The notes under the pieces were generated by a model. That model worked only from the letters and a program-made list of their open reading frames with translations. It did not search any database and was not told where the DNA came from. Shown piece after piece: positions 10,192-18,732 of a stretch of 64,000 nt of DNA. The stretch's first letter is position 1, and every line of letters starts with the position of its first letter. The position numbers and the translations under genes were made by a program. The stretch lies in NCBI GenBank assembly GCA_016187745.1, contig JACPJC010000009.1, positions 1,118 to 65,117 of the forward strand, given 5' to 3'. The DNA comes from Candidatus Iainarchaeum sp. (lineage in GTDB: Archaea; Iainarchaeota; Iainarchaeia; Iainarchaeales; JAXPJC01).

Positions 10192-11791
10192 ATTTTATCT
10201 CCAGGAAATTCGGCGCATTTTCCGCTTCTATTGCAATGGTTGTATCCGGCGTTATGCTTGATGTGTTTCCTTCGGTATCAGTCAGGGTAATGGAGGCTGG
10301 CGCCCTGTCCAGCGCAAGGGCATAATCAGCAATTTTGCCGTCAAATTCAATTGTTTGTCCCGCATGATATTCAAATGGCTTGAAGAAGATGTAAAGATCC
10401 TTGCTGCCTGATGAGAATTTCTCAATCCACGCCTCATCTTCATTGTCAAATTCCCCGCTGATATGCGAATCATAACTGTATTCGCTGAGTTTTGACCATA
10501 AAAGGGCAACGCTCTTCACCATTTTTGTGGCAGAGCCGTCGCTTTTTAGCGAGCCCAAGCGGAATTCGCCCTTGTTTAATTTTGGGTATATCTTCAGTGC
10601 AACCATCCCATAAGGCCAGTAATTTCCGTTTGACGCCATCAATTGCATTTTTGAGAGCAATAGCGATTGAATCTCAAAAGCCGCATTCAATCTGTCTTCG
10701 GAATCAGAGACCGTTCCCATCGGGCGGACAATTGCGCCGCCTGTTCCATTCTCGAAATCCATAATTGGCACATTCTGCCATCCGTTAATATTCAATCTTT
10801 CCCTGATTTCAGCGATTCCCCCAATATGCGCATACTTGTTGAAAATTGCGGTCTTTGTCGGCGGATAATTTATGAACTCCCCACCAGATGCTGTTTTCGC
10901 GGGATAGCCGTGGAATGACCAAATGTCGAACTTGGCCCCATTTTCCTTATCCAGGAAATAATCAACATATTCCAGCGTCTTTTTTAAGTACTCATCCTGA
11001 TTTGTCATTGCGGTTTCTTCGCCATCGAGCCAATACTCAAATCCGGGAGTGCTAACCAGAACATCCGGGTATTTGCTCTTTATCTCCTCATAAGCCTTAT
11101 TGTTTGCCTCAAGCAGCTGCTCCTTTGTGCCTTTCCATGACTCCCCGGGATGATTTATTAATTCCACATATTTTATATTCGCGTCTTTTTGGTACCTTGA
11201 CAGGAACCAGTCAGCATAATTGGCATATCCCTCAATATCCGAGGAAACAAAAGTTTGGCTCTCCGTATTGTGGGAAAGCATTGGAATCAGGCTCCAGCCG
11301 TTTTCTTTTATTTTCTGGACTTCTTTGTCCAAATCAATCTTTTCCTTGCAATCTGCCTGCGACGGATGGCACATAAAATTTGAGAAATTTACCCCGTCTT
11401 CTGAAAAGAACTGCTGCTGGAATCTGACCTTGATGTATTTTATTTTTAAAGTGGAATTTATGACATCCGCTGCCATGCCCTGGCCCAATGCAAATTCCGC
11501 ACCCCATAAAAACCCGTCCGCATCAGTGCTGCTGCCGGCGCCAGGTTTTATCCCTTCGCAATCCCCAGGGCAAATTCCTCTTTCCTTCTCAACAGGGCCG
11601 CAAATCCCGTCCCCGCATTTTCCGCCGGTGTTTCCGTCTCCCTGGGCGCATTCCTGCCTCTCAATTTCGCTTACCTTCCCGTCCTTGTTCAAGTCGCATT
11701 CATCATATGTAACGCAGCCGCTGAAAAGAATCAGCAATGCAATTGCAAGAGCAGCAAAAATTATGAGCAAAGGCTTCATATTCCCTGCCAA
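10184..11791 (-). CDS. Lipobox-anchored putative glycoside hydrolase paralog with dockerin-like Ca-loop and 4-Cys module
   Basis: Signal + LFSGC; DLNKDGKVSEIE (canonical EF-hand/dockerin loop); KCGDGICGPVEKERGICPGDCE module; downstream domain paralogous to 8824..10191 (INHPGE, FHGYP, DFENGTG). Confidence 0.5.
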   Translation of the reverse strand: MAGNMKPLLIIFAALAIALLILFSGCVTYDECDLNKDGKVSEIERQECAQGDGNTGGKCGDGICGPVEKERGICPGDCEGIKPGAGSSTDADGFLWGAEFALGQGMAADVINSTLKIKYIKVRFQQQFFSEDGVNFSNFMCHPSQADCKEKIDLDKEVQKIKENGWSLIPMLSHNTESQTFVSSDIEGYANYADWFLSRYQKDANIKYVELINHPGESWKGTKEQLLEANNKAYEEIKSKYPDVLVSTPGFEYWLDGEETAMTNQDEYLKKTLEYVDYFLDKENGAKFDIWSFHGYPAKTASGGEFINYPPTKTAIFNKYAHIGGIAEIRERLNINGWQNVPIMDFENGTGGAIVRPMGTVSDSEDRLNAAFEIQSLLLSKMQLMASNGNYWPYGMVALKIYPKLNKGEFRLGSLKSDGSATKMVKSVALLWSKLSEYSYDSHISGEFDNEDEAWIEKFSSGSKDLYIFFKPFEYHAGQTIEFDGKIADYALALDRAPASITLTDTEGNTSSITPDTTIAIEAENAPNFLEIKYE

Positions 11792-11793
11792 AG

Positions 11794-12045
11794 CTATTCA
11801 CAATCCTCTGGGCATATTCCTTTTTCCTCTTCAACAGGCCCGCAAACTCCGTCCCCGCACTTGCCTTTGGCTGCCCCGCCGCCGAGCAGGTCTTGCCCTG
11901 TTTGTCCGCCCACAAGCTTGTTCAAGTCGCCGCCAGCAGACAGGTTGTAATCATTCAGCGGAAGCTGGATGCAGCCGCTGAGCAGGACAATCAATGCAAT
12001 AAGCGCCATGGCAAGAATTATGGCAGTTCCACGCATATTTTTCAT
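11794..12045 (-). CDS. Small (83 aa) lipobox protein consisting of signal peptide plus 4-Cys module
   Basis: MKNMRGTAIILAMALIALIVLLSGC... C-terminal KGKCGDGVCGPVEEEKGICPEDCE; the nucleotide sequence of the module is ~80% identical to those in the two larger genes. Confidence 0.45.
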   Translation of the reverse strand: MKNMRGTAIILAMALIALIVLLSGCIQLPLNDYNLSAGGDLNKLVGGQTGQDLLGGGAAKGKCGDGVCGPVEEEKGICPEDCE

Positions 12046-12078
12046 TAATACTATCGGAGGGGCTATTTATAAGGATTT

Positions 12079-12966
12079 CTAAATCAGCAGCTTTCCGAAT
12101 CTTATACTTCCAATAAGGCGCGAAATTTTAACCGCGCAAACATATGCAATTCCCGCAAGTATTATTGCAAGCGCATGCAATGGGCTTTTGTTTTCAAGGA
12201 ATACAATCCCGCGCGGGCTGCTTATGGAGAAGCCAACGCCCTTCCCCCAAATGCCCGTTGCCGCCTTAAAGTCCGAAAGCGGGGAAACAAGGAAATGGAA
12301 TTTTATGTTCAGGAATTTTTCGCACAATTTTGCGGGATGCTTCTTGTAGAGCAGAACATCGTTTTGATGGTATTTCAGGCGCTGCATTACGTGCTTTGCT
12401 AAGCCCATAAAACCCTTTGGCTTCGCAAGTTTATGGTCGTGGACATAATTTGCCTTAACTAACTTAAATTCATAGCCAAGGTCCATTATTTTGAAGCTGA
12501 GGTCTGTGTCCTCCCTGTAATACACATAATCCTCATCATAGCCCCCAACTTTATTTAGAAGATTCTTGCGGAATGCGGTTGAAGTGCCCCCGTAATAGTC
12601 ATATGCGCTCACAATCCCGATTTTTTCAGAATCAAATCCCCCAGCCATATCCCTTAGCCAATTTCGCGAGGGAATGCAATCATGGTCCATGTTTATTACA
12701 ATGGGAAAGCGCGCTGCTTTTATTCCTGCATTTCTCGCCTTGCACACTCCGCCATGCTTTAAAAAAATCAATTTTATTTTTTTATTGTTTCTGAAATTGC
12801 TTTGAAGCATTTCCCTTGTGCCGTCCTTGCTTCCGTCATCAGCAACAATTATCTCATATTGCGCAGGATATTCAAGCTTCAGCATCGCCTCAAGCACCCT
12901 GCGCAGTATTGGCGCGTTGTTGAATGTGGCAATCACAATGCTCGCATTCGGGAATTTATTCTTCAT
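12079..12966 (-). CDS. Glycosyltransferase family 2
   Basis: ASIVIATFNNAPIL...EIIVADDGSKDGT...DHD motifs of GT-A fold GT2. Confidence 0.8.
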   Translation of the reverse strand: MKNKFPNASIVIATFNNAPILRRVLEAMLKLEYPAQYEIIVADDGSKDGTREMLQSNFRNNKKIKLIFLKHGGVCKARNAGIKAARFPIVINMDHDCIPSRNWLRDMAGGFDSEKIGIVSAYDYYGGTSTAFRKNLLNKVGGYDEDYVYYREDTDLSFKIMDLGYEFKLVKANYVHDHKLAKPKGFMGLAKHVMQRLKYHQNDVLLYKKHPAKLCEKFLNIKFHFLVSPLSDFKAATGIWGKGVGFSISSPRGIVFLENKSPLHALAIILAGIAYVCAVKISRLIGSIRFGKLLI

Positions 12967-13441
12967 TCAGGAAGCCCTCAATTATTTTCATTATTCCCTC
13001 TGCGTGCGCAGTGCGCTTAAGTTTTATCTTGTTTATTTTTTCAAGCGCATTTTCAAGCTCCGCAATGTCATAAACCGCAATTGCATTCCCCGAATCCGCA
13101 ACAGCCCTTGTAAGCTCAAGCTGATGGTCGTTCGTGTGCTCATGGAAGCGCGCCAGGCGCGGGACAATAACCATTTTTTTATTTAATTGCAAAGCGGTTC
13201 CTATTACTCCTTCCCCCCCGTGCGTAATTATTAAATCCGCATTTTTCATGCGCTGCTTGAATGCGCCGAAATCAAGGAATTTGGAATATTTGAAATGCTT
13301 CGGCTTGTAGGTGGAATATCCGGTTTGGGCAAAAATATTTCCGCCTAATTTTTTACTTTCAATTAACTCATCTATTTTCCCCAGTAGGCGGTTGAACTGC
13401 ATAGGGTGCGTTCCAACGGGAATGAAAATTTTTCTATTCAT
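12956..13441 (-). CDS. Alg13-like UDP-GlcNAc transferase catalytic subunit (GT28 C-terminal domain)
   Basis: IFIPVGTH...ADLIITHGGEGVIGTALQLNKKMVIVPR...NDHQLEL matches the Alg13/MurG C-terminal domain pattern (VT.G..., HAG.G, DNHQ). Confidence 0.7.
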   Translation of the reverse strand: MNRKIFIPVGTHPMQFNRLLGKIDELIESKKLGGNIFAQTGYSTYKPKHFKYSKFLDFGAFKQRMKNADLIITHGGEGVIGTALQLNKKMVIVPRLARFHEHTNDHQLELTRAVADSGNAIAVYDIAELENALEKINKIKLKRTAHAEGIMKIIEGFLNEE

Positions 13442-13453
13442 AATTTTCCTTCC

Positions 13454-13966
13454 TTAAAATATGCTCCCTCCGAATTTTGCCCTTGGGTAAAAGCGCCGGA
13501 GCGCCTTCCACTGGATTATGAACAAATCCGCAATAGGATAGACCAGCCTTCCGGAAATTCCGGGCCTGAAAGGACGGCAGAAGCTCTCAATGAAGATTAT
13601 TTTTTTCCCAAGGAGTTTTGCTGCATAGCACACAGGAACCGCAACATCGGCGCCAGTGGATATTATCACATCGGGGTTTTCTTTGCGCAAAATTTTCAAT
13701 GCGCGGAAGAAATCAAGGAGCGTTGTTATGGGATTGCGCGCGGGCCTTTCCAGAAAATAAATTTTCTCCTTTTTTGCAAGGCTTTCAGTGTCCGCGCGCC
13801 TGAAGGTCATGAAAAAATATTTATGCTTTGAGAAAAAGGGGCGCAACTGCAATATTTCATCCAAGTGCCCCCCTGCAGAGCATGCAAGGCATATCTTCAC
13901 CGAACCGCAGGGAAACCCGAGGTTTCCCTTCAGTTTGAGGTTCCTCCTGATTCCCTTCCTTTTCAT
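13454..13966 (-). CDS. Alg14-like UDP-GlcNAc transferase membrane-association subunit
   Basis: ICLACSAGGHLDEILQL (Alg14 GSGGH motif) and IADLFIIQW (Alg14 C-terminal motif); immediately downstream of the GlcNAc-1-P transferase. Confidence 0.7.
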   Translation of the reverse strand: MKRKGIRRNLKLKGNLGFPCGSVKICLACSAGGHLDEILQLRPFFSKHKYFFMTFRRADTESLAKKEKIYFLERPARNPITTLLDFFRALKILRKENPDVIISTGADVAVPVCYAAKLLGKKIIFIESFCRPFRPGISGRLVYPIADLFIIQWKALRRFYPRAKFGGSIF

Positions 13967-13969
13967 CTC

Positions 13970-14977
13970 TTAGCCCCACCAGCCGAAGAACTCATTCCCG
14001 AAAACAATGAAAGTGAACAATGAAACAACAGCCTGCATCCCGAGGATTATCAATACGACCTGCTTCTCGGTGAAATTTCCCCTGCGCATAACCCATTGCG
14101 TGAGGGAGCCCCCGCGCGGATCAGCTTTTAATGTTCCATCCTTCTGCGGAATGCCAAAGCTCTGGCTCTGGAATTTGTGCTTTGCCTTGAAGAGGAATTC
14201 AGCAAAATAAAGGACAATTATGAGCATTCCGAGCTTTTCCATATTGCCGATTATTACAGCGCTTGCCAATCCCGCGCCAATCATGAGCGTGAGGGAATCC
14301 CCGGGAAATATCCTTGCAGGATACCAATTGAAGCGCAGGAAAGCAAGAAGCGCGCCCAGCATTGCGGCAAGGATTATTGCTGACTCCACACTTCCATAGA
14401 ACATTGCAATTATCAGCATTGTAAAGGAAATTATTGCGCCCATCCCTGCTTCAAGGCCATTAAGCCCCGCGAGCATGTTGAAGGCATTGCTTGCGCCTGT
14501 AATTCCTATCGGCACAATAACGAGGGAATAAAAAATCCCGAAGGAAAAAACCCCGATGATCGGAAGGCGCATTTCCGTTGTGCCAATGTTCAATGCCATA
14601 AGGGGGAGCGCGGCAAATATTGGAATCAGCGCGTGCTGCCACTGCCTTATCCCATGGCGCCAGCCAATAAGGTCATCAATTATTCCCAGAAGGCCAATGA
14701 GAATTACTGTTGAAAATGCTGCAAGCACTGCAGTAAGATTCAATTCAACAAGGCCAAGATATGTGTAGGAAAAAATTGCAACGATGATTGCGAACGCAAA
14801 GCCGAGCATTACAGTAATTCCGCCCATTTCCGCGACTTTTGCGTTTCCTAATTTGTTCATATCCCTTCCGACAATCCTGCGGAAGTGCATCCTCCTTATG
14901 AAAAATGGGCTGACAGCATTGGTTATGAGAAATGCAGCAATAACCGCAAGAATTGCCATGGGCAATAAATAGTTCAT
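13970..14977 (-). CDS. aglH: UDP-GlcNAc:dolichyl-phosphate GlcNAc-1-phosphate transferase (AglH/Alg7/MraY-WecA family)
   Basis: Polytopic membrane protein with DDxxG (IIDDLIG) and NAFNMLAGLNGLEAG motifs characteristic of the MraY/WecA/GPT superfamily. Confidence 0.75.
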   Translation of the reverse strand: MNYLLPMAILAVIAAFLITNAVSPFFIRRMHFRRIVGRDMNKLGNAKVAEMGGITVMLGFAFAIIVAIFSYTYLGLVELNLTAVLAAFSTVILIGLLGIIDDLIGWRHGIRQWQHALIPIFAALPLMALNIGTTEMRLPIIGVFSFGIFYSLVIVPIGITGASNAFNMLAGLNGLEAGMGAIISFTMLIIAMFYGSVESAIILAAMLGALLAFLRFNWYPARIFPGDSLTLMIGAGLASAVIIGNMEKLGMLIIVLYFAEFLFKAKHKFQSQSFGIPQKDGTLKADPRGGSLTQWVMRRGNFTEKQVVLIILGMQAVVSLFTFIVFGNEFFGWWG

Positions 14978-14987
14978 ATTTTCACAA

Positions 14988-17279
14988 TTACTTTACCCTG
15001 ATTATCTTTATTCCCTTTGCGTAGTATATTTCCTCAAAGTGCGTTATGTCCGGGGCCCTGAACCACAGGCGCGCGAGCAGGCTTGAGTTTGTTGCTGAAT
15101 TCACAATATACAGCCTTGTGAAGTCATTGTCCCTGTAAATGAACAGCGGCATCCTGTCCTGCACCTGGTTTGGAATGTCAGTCCATGCTGTTGGGAGGGA
15201 TTGGTATTGCGCAAGCGGTATCTTATTCGGACCGCATTCAATCTCCTGTGTTAACTGCAGGATGCTGCAGCCGAATGCAACCCCGAAGAACTTGGCTATG
15301 CGCTCATCATTCCCGTTTGTTGTAACGTATGCATACATCCCCAAGGAGCGCTGCTTCATCAATAAATCCTCATCCAAGATTACATAATCCGCGCCATAGC
15401 TCTTCACAAGGTCATGCATCTTGTTCTCGTCTTCTTCCACAATGAACAGCGCGAAATCCCTGTCGCCTGCAAAATCATAATTCCTGTTGTCCGTGGAGGC
15501 GCCTCTTTCCCCTAAGAAAGTGACCCAATGGCCCTCGTCCCACCAGTTGTAGAATTTCGCATCTTTTTCTGTATTAATGCTGGCCCACTTCAGTGCGGTT
15601 TTCCAGCCCTGCGCCAGCTCTATGGGAGGGAAATGATCAGAAATGAAAAATATGCTTGAACCTACTGCAGTAATCAGCATGAAGCCCACAAATGCTGCAA
15701 CCGCAACCTTCTCTGCGGTTTTGCGCTTCTCAAAAAATTCAAGCAGGTCAAAGCACACGAATGCCGCGGCAGCTGCGACCGCGAGGCCGAACGCAAATGT
15801 CAATTGCAGGCGGTTCCATGCCATTATGAATGTCGCAAGGATCCAGAAAAACAGCAGGAGGCTCATCACATCATTCCTTTTCCTGAAAATCCTTATTGGA
15901 ATTAGAATCAGCGCAAGTATGGGGAATATTATCAGTGCGCTGAATTTTGTGCCGAAGAACTGGTAGCCCGTGTTCTGCTCCCCTACTGTTGCGGCAAGAA
16001 CATCCCCGCCTGTAATTTCCCCCGTGCCTCCGGAAACAGGCGCAAGGTTCGGGAAGAACTTGTATAAATAGCTGAATGCGCCTGAAGTCCAGCCAATCCC
16101 TATGTGCAGGGTCATCAGGCCTGCGAATATTGCAAACATCACAACAAACAGGACTGCGAATGCCTTTATTTTCTGCGCTTCAATTCCCCTGACCCGTAAC
16201 TTGGTAATTAAATTATAAATGCCATATTTGAACAGCAGATATATAATGATAAAAAACCAGCCCATAATTAAAAAATATGAAATTATTCGTAACCAGTCAC
16301 CCATCCACGAGCTTATGATAAATAAAATTCCTGCAGCATTTGCAATTGCAAACAGGAGAACAGCAAAAGTCTTTATTTCCTGCGCTTCAATCCCCCTGAG
16401 CCACATGATTATTAAATTGTAAATCCCGTATGCAATTAGCAGATAGGGAATTATCAAGAACCATCCCCCTATCCACGGGCTTATGCTCAGCACGATTCCT
16501 GCAGCAACAGCATTGAGAAGGTTTTTCCTTTTCAGTTCAAGCGTGCCTGTTGCCCTCGCGAAAAGGAAGAAGCCAAGCACCATGAAAAGGAAGACCATGC
16601 TGCTTCCTTCGTACCAGCCCGCCATTGTGCGATAGACAAATGCGCTGCTTGCGGCAGTGAAAAACCCTGCAAGATAGCCCGCCTTGTTGCTCCTGTAAAT
16701 TCTCCTGAACAAAAAGAACATTGCAAGCGCGGTAAGCGCGCCATAAATTGCCGGAAGCACCTTAACAAATTGTATCCACACTTCCTTGTTGTATGCGCTC
16801 CCGAATGTGAAGATTTTGTAAATTGCTGCATTAATGAACCAGAAGCCCATCGGATCCGAGGGAATCCGCGCCCCCCCTATTTGGTAATATGCGAGCGGGT
16901 CCTTCGGGGGATAAGAGCATGAATCCGCACCAGTTTCACAGTACTTCATGTCAATAATGCTGCTTTTTCCAATATTCTCGGGCGCAAAAACAGGAATCAG
17001 CTCGCCCTTTATCGCATATGAGGTCATGCGCGCATGCCAGTAGGTGTCAAACTCAAAGAACAGCTCATACTGCAGCTGGTGCCCGCGGATTGCAAACCCA
17101 AGTATGAAAATTAGCGCAAGGATGAAGAGCATTTTTTTGTTGAATTTCGGGATTTTGAATGCAGGCATATGGATTTTCGGAATTTGCATGCCTGATTTCT
17201 CATTTCCCTCAGGCCCGTGCTGCATTGCATCGGGAGTGCCTTCAATCTGCGCAGTTTCTTCCAACCAGAATCCCTTCAA
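14988..17279 (-). CDS. aglB: Oligosaccharyltransferase AglB/STT3 (carries an internal tandem duplication in the TM region)
   Basis: 763 aa, N-terminal multi-TM domain and C-terminal soluble domain containing WWDEGHW (WWDxG catalytic motif of STT3/AglB/PglB). Confidence 0.85.
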   Translation of the reverse strand: MKGFWLEETAQIEGTPDAMQHGPEGNEKSGMQIPKIHMPAFKIPKFNKKMLFILALIFILGFAIRGHQLQYELFFEFDTYWHARMTSYAIKGELIPVFAPENIGKSSIIDMKYCETGADSCSYPPKDPLAYYQIGGARIPSDPMGFWFINAAIYKIFTFGSAYNKEVWIQFVKVLPAIYGALTALAMFFLFRRIYRSNKAGYLAGFFTAASSAFVYRTMAGWYEGSSMVFLFMVLGFFLFARATGTLELKRKNLLNAVAAGIVLSISPWIGGWFLIIPYLLIAYGIYNLIIMWLRGIEAQEIKTFAVLLFAIANAAGILFIISSWMGDWLRIISYFLIMGWFFIIIYLLFKYGIYNLITKLRVRGIEAQKIKAFAVLFVVMFAIFAGLMTLHIGIGWTSGAFSYLYKFFPNLAPVSGGTGEITGGDVLAATVGEQNTGYQFFGTKFSALIIFPILALILIPIRIFRKRNDVMSLLLFFWILATFIMAWNRLQLTFAFGLAVAAAAAFVCFDLLEFFEKRKTAEKVAVAAFVGFMLITAVGSSIFFISDHFPPIELAQGWKTALKWASINTEKDAKFYNWWDEGHWVTFLGERGASTDNRNYDFAGDRDFALFIVEEDENKMHDLVKSYGADYVILDEDLLMKQRSLGMYAYVTTNGNDERIAKFFGVAFGCSILQLTQEIECGPNKIPLAQYQSLPTAWTDIPNQVQDRMPLFIYRDNDFTRLYIVNSATNSSLLARLWFRAPDITHFEEIYYAKGIKIIRVK
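16150..16520 (-). repeat. ~200-bp imperfect tandem duplication inside aglB coding region
   Basis: DNA blocks ...TTTATTTTCTGCGCTTCAATTCCCCTGAC...TTAAATTATAAATGCCATA... and ...TTTATTTCCTGCGCTTCAATCCCCCTGAG...TTAAATTGTAAATCCCGTA... ; protein level SPWIGGWFLIIPYLLIAYGIYNLI..RGIEAQEIKTFAVL vs SWMGDWLRIISYFLIMGWFF..YGIYNLI..RGIEAQKIKAFAVL. Confidence 0.7.
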
Positions 17280-17457
17280 TCAGTTTCTATAATATAGAAA
17301 AACAATAGTTTTAAAATAGAAAGCAGTATTGGGACAAAAATAGAATATGCTATGCGCGCTATGCAAAACAAATTTCTGTTGGAATGGGGCGCAAAACTCC
17401 CCTTTTTAATAGATTTACGCTAACAGTTAATTGGATTAAACTGCAGATGGCGGTCTG

Positions 17458-18552
17458 ATGTCAAAAGAAACAAGGCAGGCACTTTATTTCATATTGCCCC
17501 TGATTTTTCTGGCCATTCTTGTTTCAGGCTGTGTCCAGGAAGATGACAATTATTCTGCGCCGGATTCTGTCCCCGGGAAGAATATTGTCCCTGATTTTAC
17601 CAATGATGGTTTGCAGATTCAGGACCGCAACAACACAGGCTTAGTTGTGCCTCCGCAGGGCCCGGAAGACGATTCCCTGCATCTTGAAATTGACAAGAAT
17701 GCGCTTTATGAAATTGAAAATTCAAAAAGAACCAGACTGGACTTCGAGCCGTACTGCTTTGAGGATGTCTGCTATTTTTTGCTGGGCCTTGCAAAAGACT
17801 TCAAAAAAATAAGCATTGACTTAAAGGATGCGAACGGACTGTCCCCGCTGGATTTTTCCCCGCGTTCAAAAAGCATTTCAATCGCGTATACGTTCAGCCC
17901 GGCAGTCCGGAAAAAATGCTTCAAAATGTCCGAAATGCAATATGAAAATTATTTGGAAAGAAAAGACATTGAGACGTATTGCAATAAGCTTGCTGAATTG
18001 AATGGAATAACCGGGCTGAGCTTTGATGATAACTTTGCGCTTTTTGTCACTTCGCAGCCAGTTTCTGAATTGAGATATGCCGCGAGATATTTGGGAAACA
18101 ACAGCGTTGAAGTGGATGCATTTTCATTATATGGCCAAAAGATTTGGGTTGTAATCCTGCACGAATTTGTGCATTACGGGGCGGAAGGGCTGAGCCTGCC
18201 TTCGTGGTTTGAGGAAGGACTGGCGGATTATGCAAGTTATACGGTAAATGATGAGCTGATATACAAACCCCAGCCGACTCCCGGGCAAATAACCGGGTGG
18301 GACCCCTATGACAATGCTTTTGATGCTGAAGAAAATTCAAGAAGGTATAATTATGTCGCATATGTGATCAAGATTTTTTCAAGGGACTTTGGAAAGGGCA
18401 AACTGCCGGAGGCGCTCAAATATTATAAGGAATTCAAAGTAGTGCCTGAGGAAAGCGGCATCCAAAAAAACAAATACCTGGAACTGGCGCTGCAAAAAGC
18501 ATTGCAGGACCAGAATTATTCGTTGCAGGAATTTGCATACCCTGATAATTGA
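17458..18552 (+). CDS. Lipobox-anchored putative zinc metallopeptidase (HExxH)
   Basis: Signal peptide + ILVSGC lipobox; ILHEFVHYGAEG...EEGLADY (HExxH plus downstream Glu, gluzincin-like). Confidence 0.5.
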   Translation: MSKETRQALYFILPLIFLAILVSGCVQEDDNYSAPDSVPGKNIVPDFTNDGLQIQDRNNTGLVVPPQGPEDDSLHLEIDKNALYEIENSKRTRLDFEPYCFEDVCYFLLGLAKDFKKISIDLKDANGLSPLDFSPRSKSISIAYTFSPAVRKKCFKMSEMQYENYLERKDIETYCNKLAELNGITGLSFDDNFALFVTSQPVSELRYAARYLGNNSVEVDAFSLYGQKIWVVILHEFVHYGAEGLSLPSWFEEGLADYASYTVNDELIYKPQPTPGQITGWDPYDNAFDAEENSRRYNYVAYVIKIFSRDFGKGKLPEALKYYKEFKVVPEESGIQKNKYLELALQKALQDQNYSLQEFAYPDN

Positions 18553-18578
18553 GCAAAGAAAAAGCAGATGTTGAAAAT

Positions 18579-18696
18579 GATTAGCAGCGTGAAGGAGGCT
18601 CCATGCGTAAGCACAGCGCCAGCCAATCCCCTCCAGGGCTTAACTTCCGGGTTCGGAATGGGACCGGGTGTTTCCCCTGCGGTATGGCCGCTAATC
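18579..18696 (-). rRNA. rrf: 5S ribosomal RNA
   Basis: Reverse complement reads GATTAGCGGCCATACCGCAGGGGAAACACCCGGTCCCATTCCGAACCCGGAAGTTAAGCCCTGGAGGGGATTGGCTGG...GCTGCTAATC, containing the universally conserved 5S motifs CCGAACCCGGAAGTTAAGCC and a terminal helix pairing the two ends. Ends approximate to within a few nt. Confidence 0.8.
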
Positions 18697-18732
18697 AATA
18701 AAATTAGTGCATGAAAGAATTTTTAAATGCTG

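Noticed and set aside
18516-18698. 60-aa ORF in the metalloprotease-tbp intergenic region
   Set aside because: The region is a 5S rRNA gene on the minus strand. The ORF is a by-product of the structured RNA sequence.
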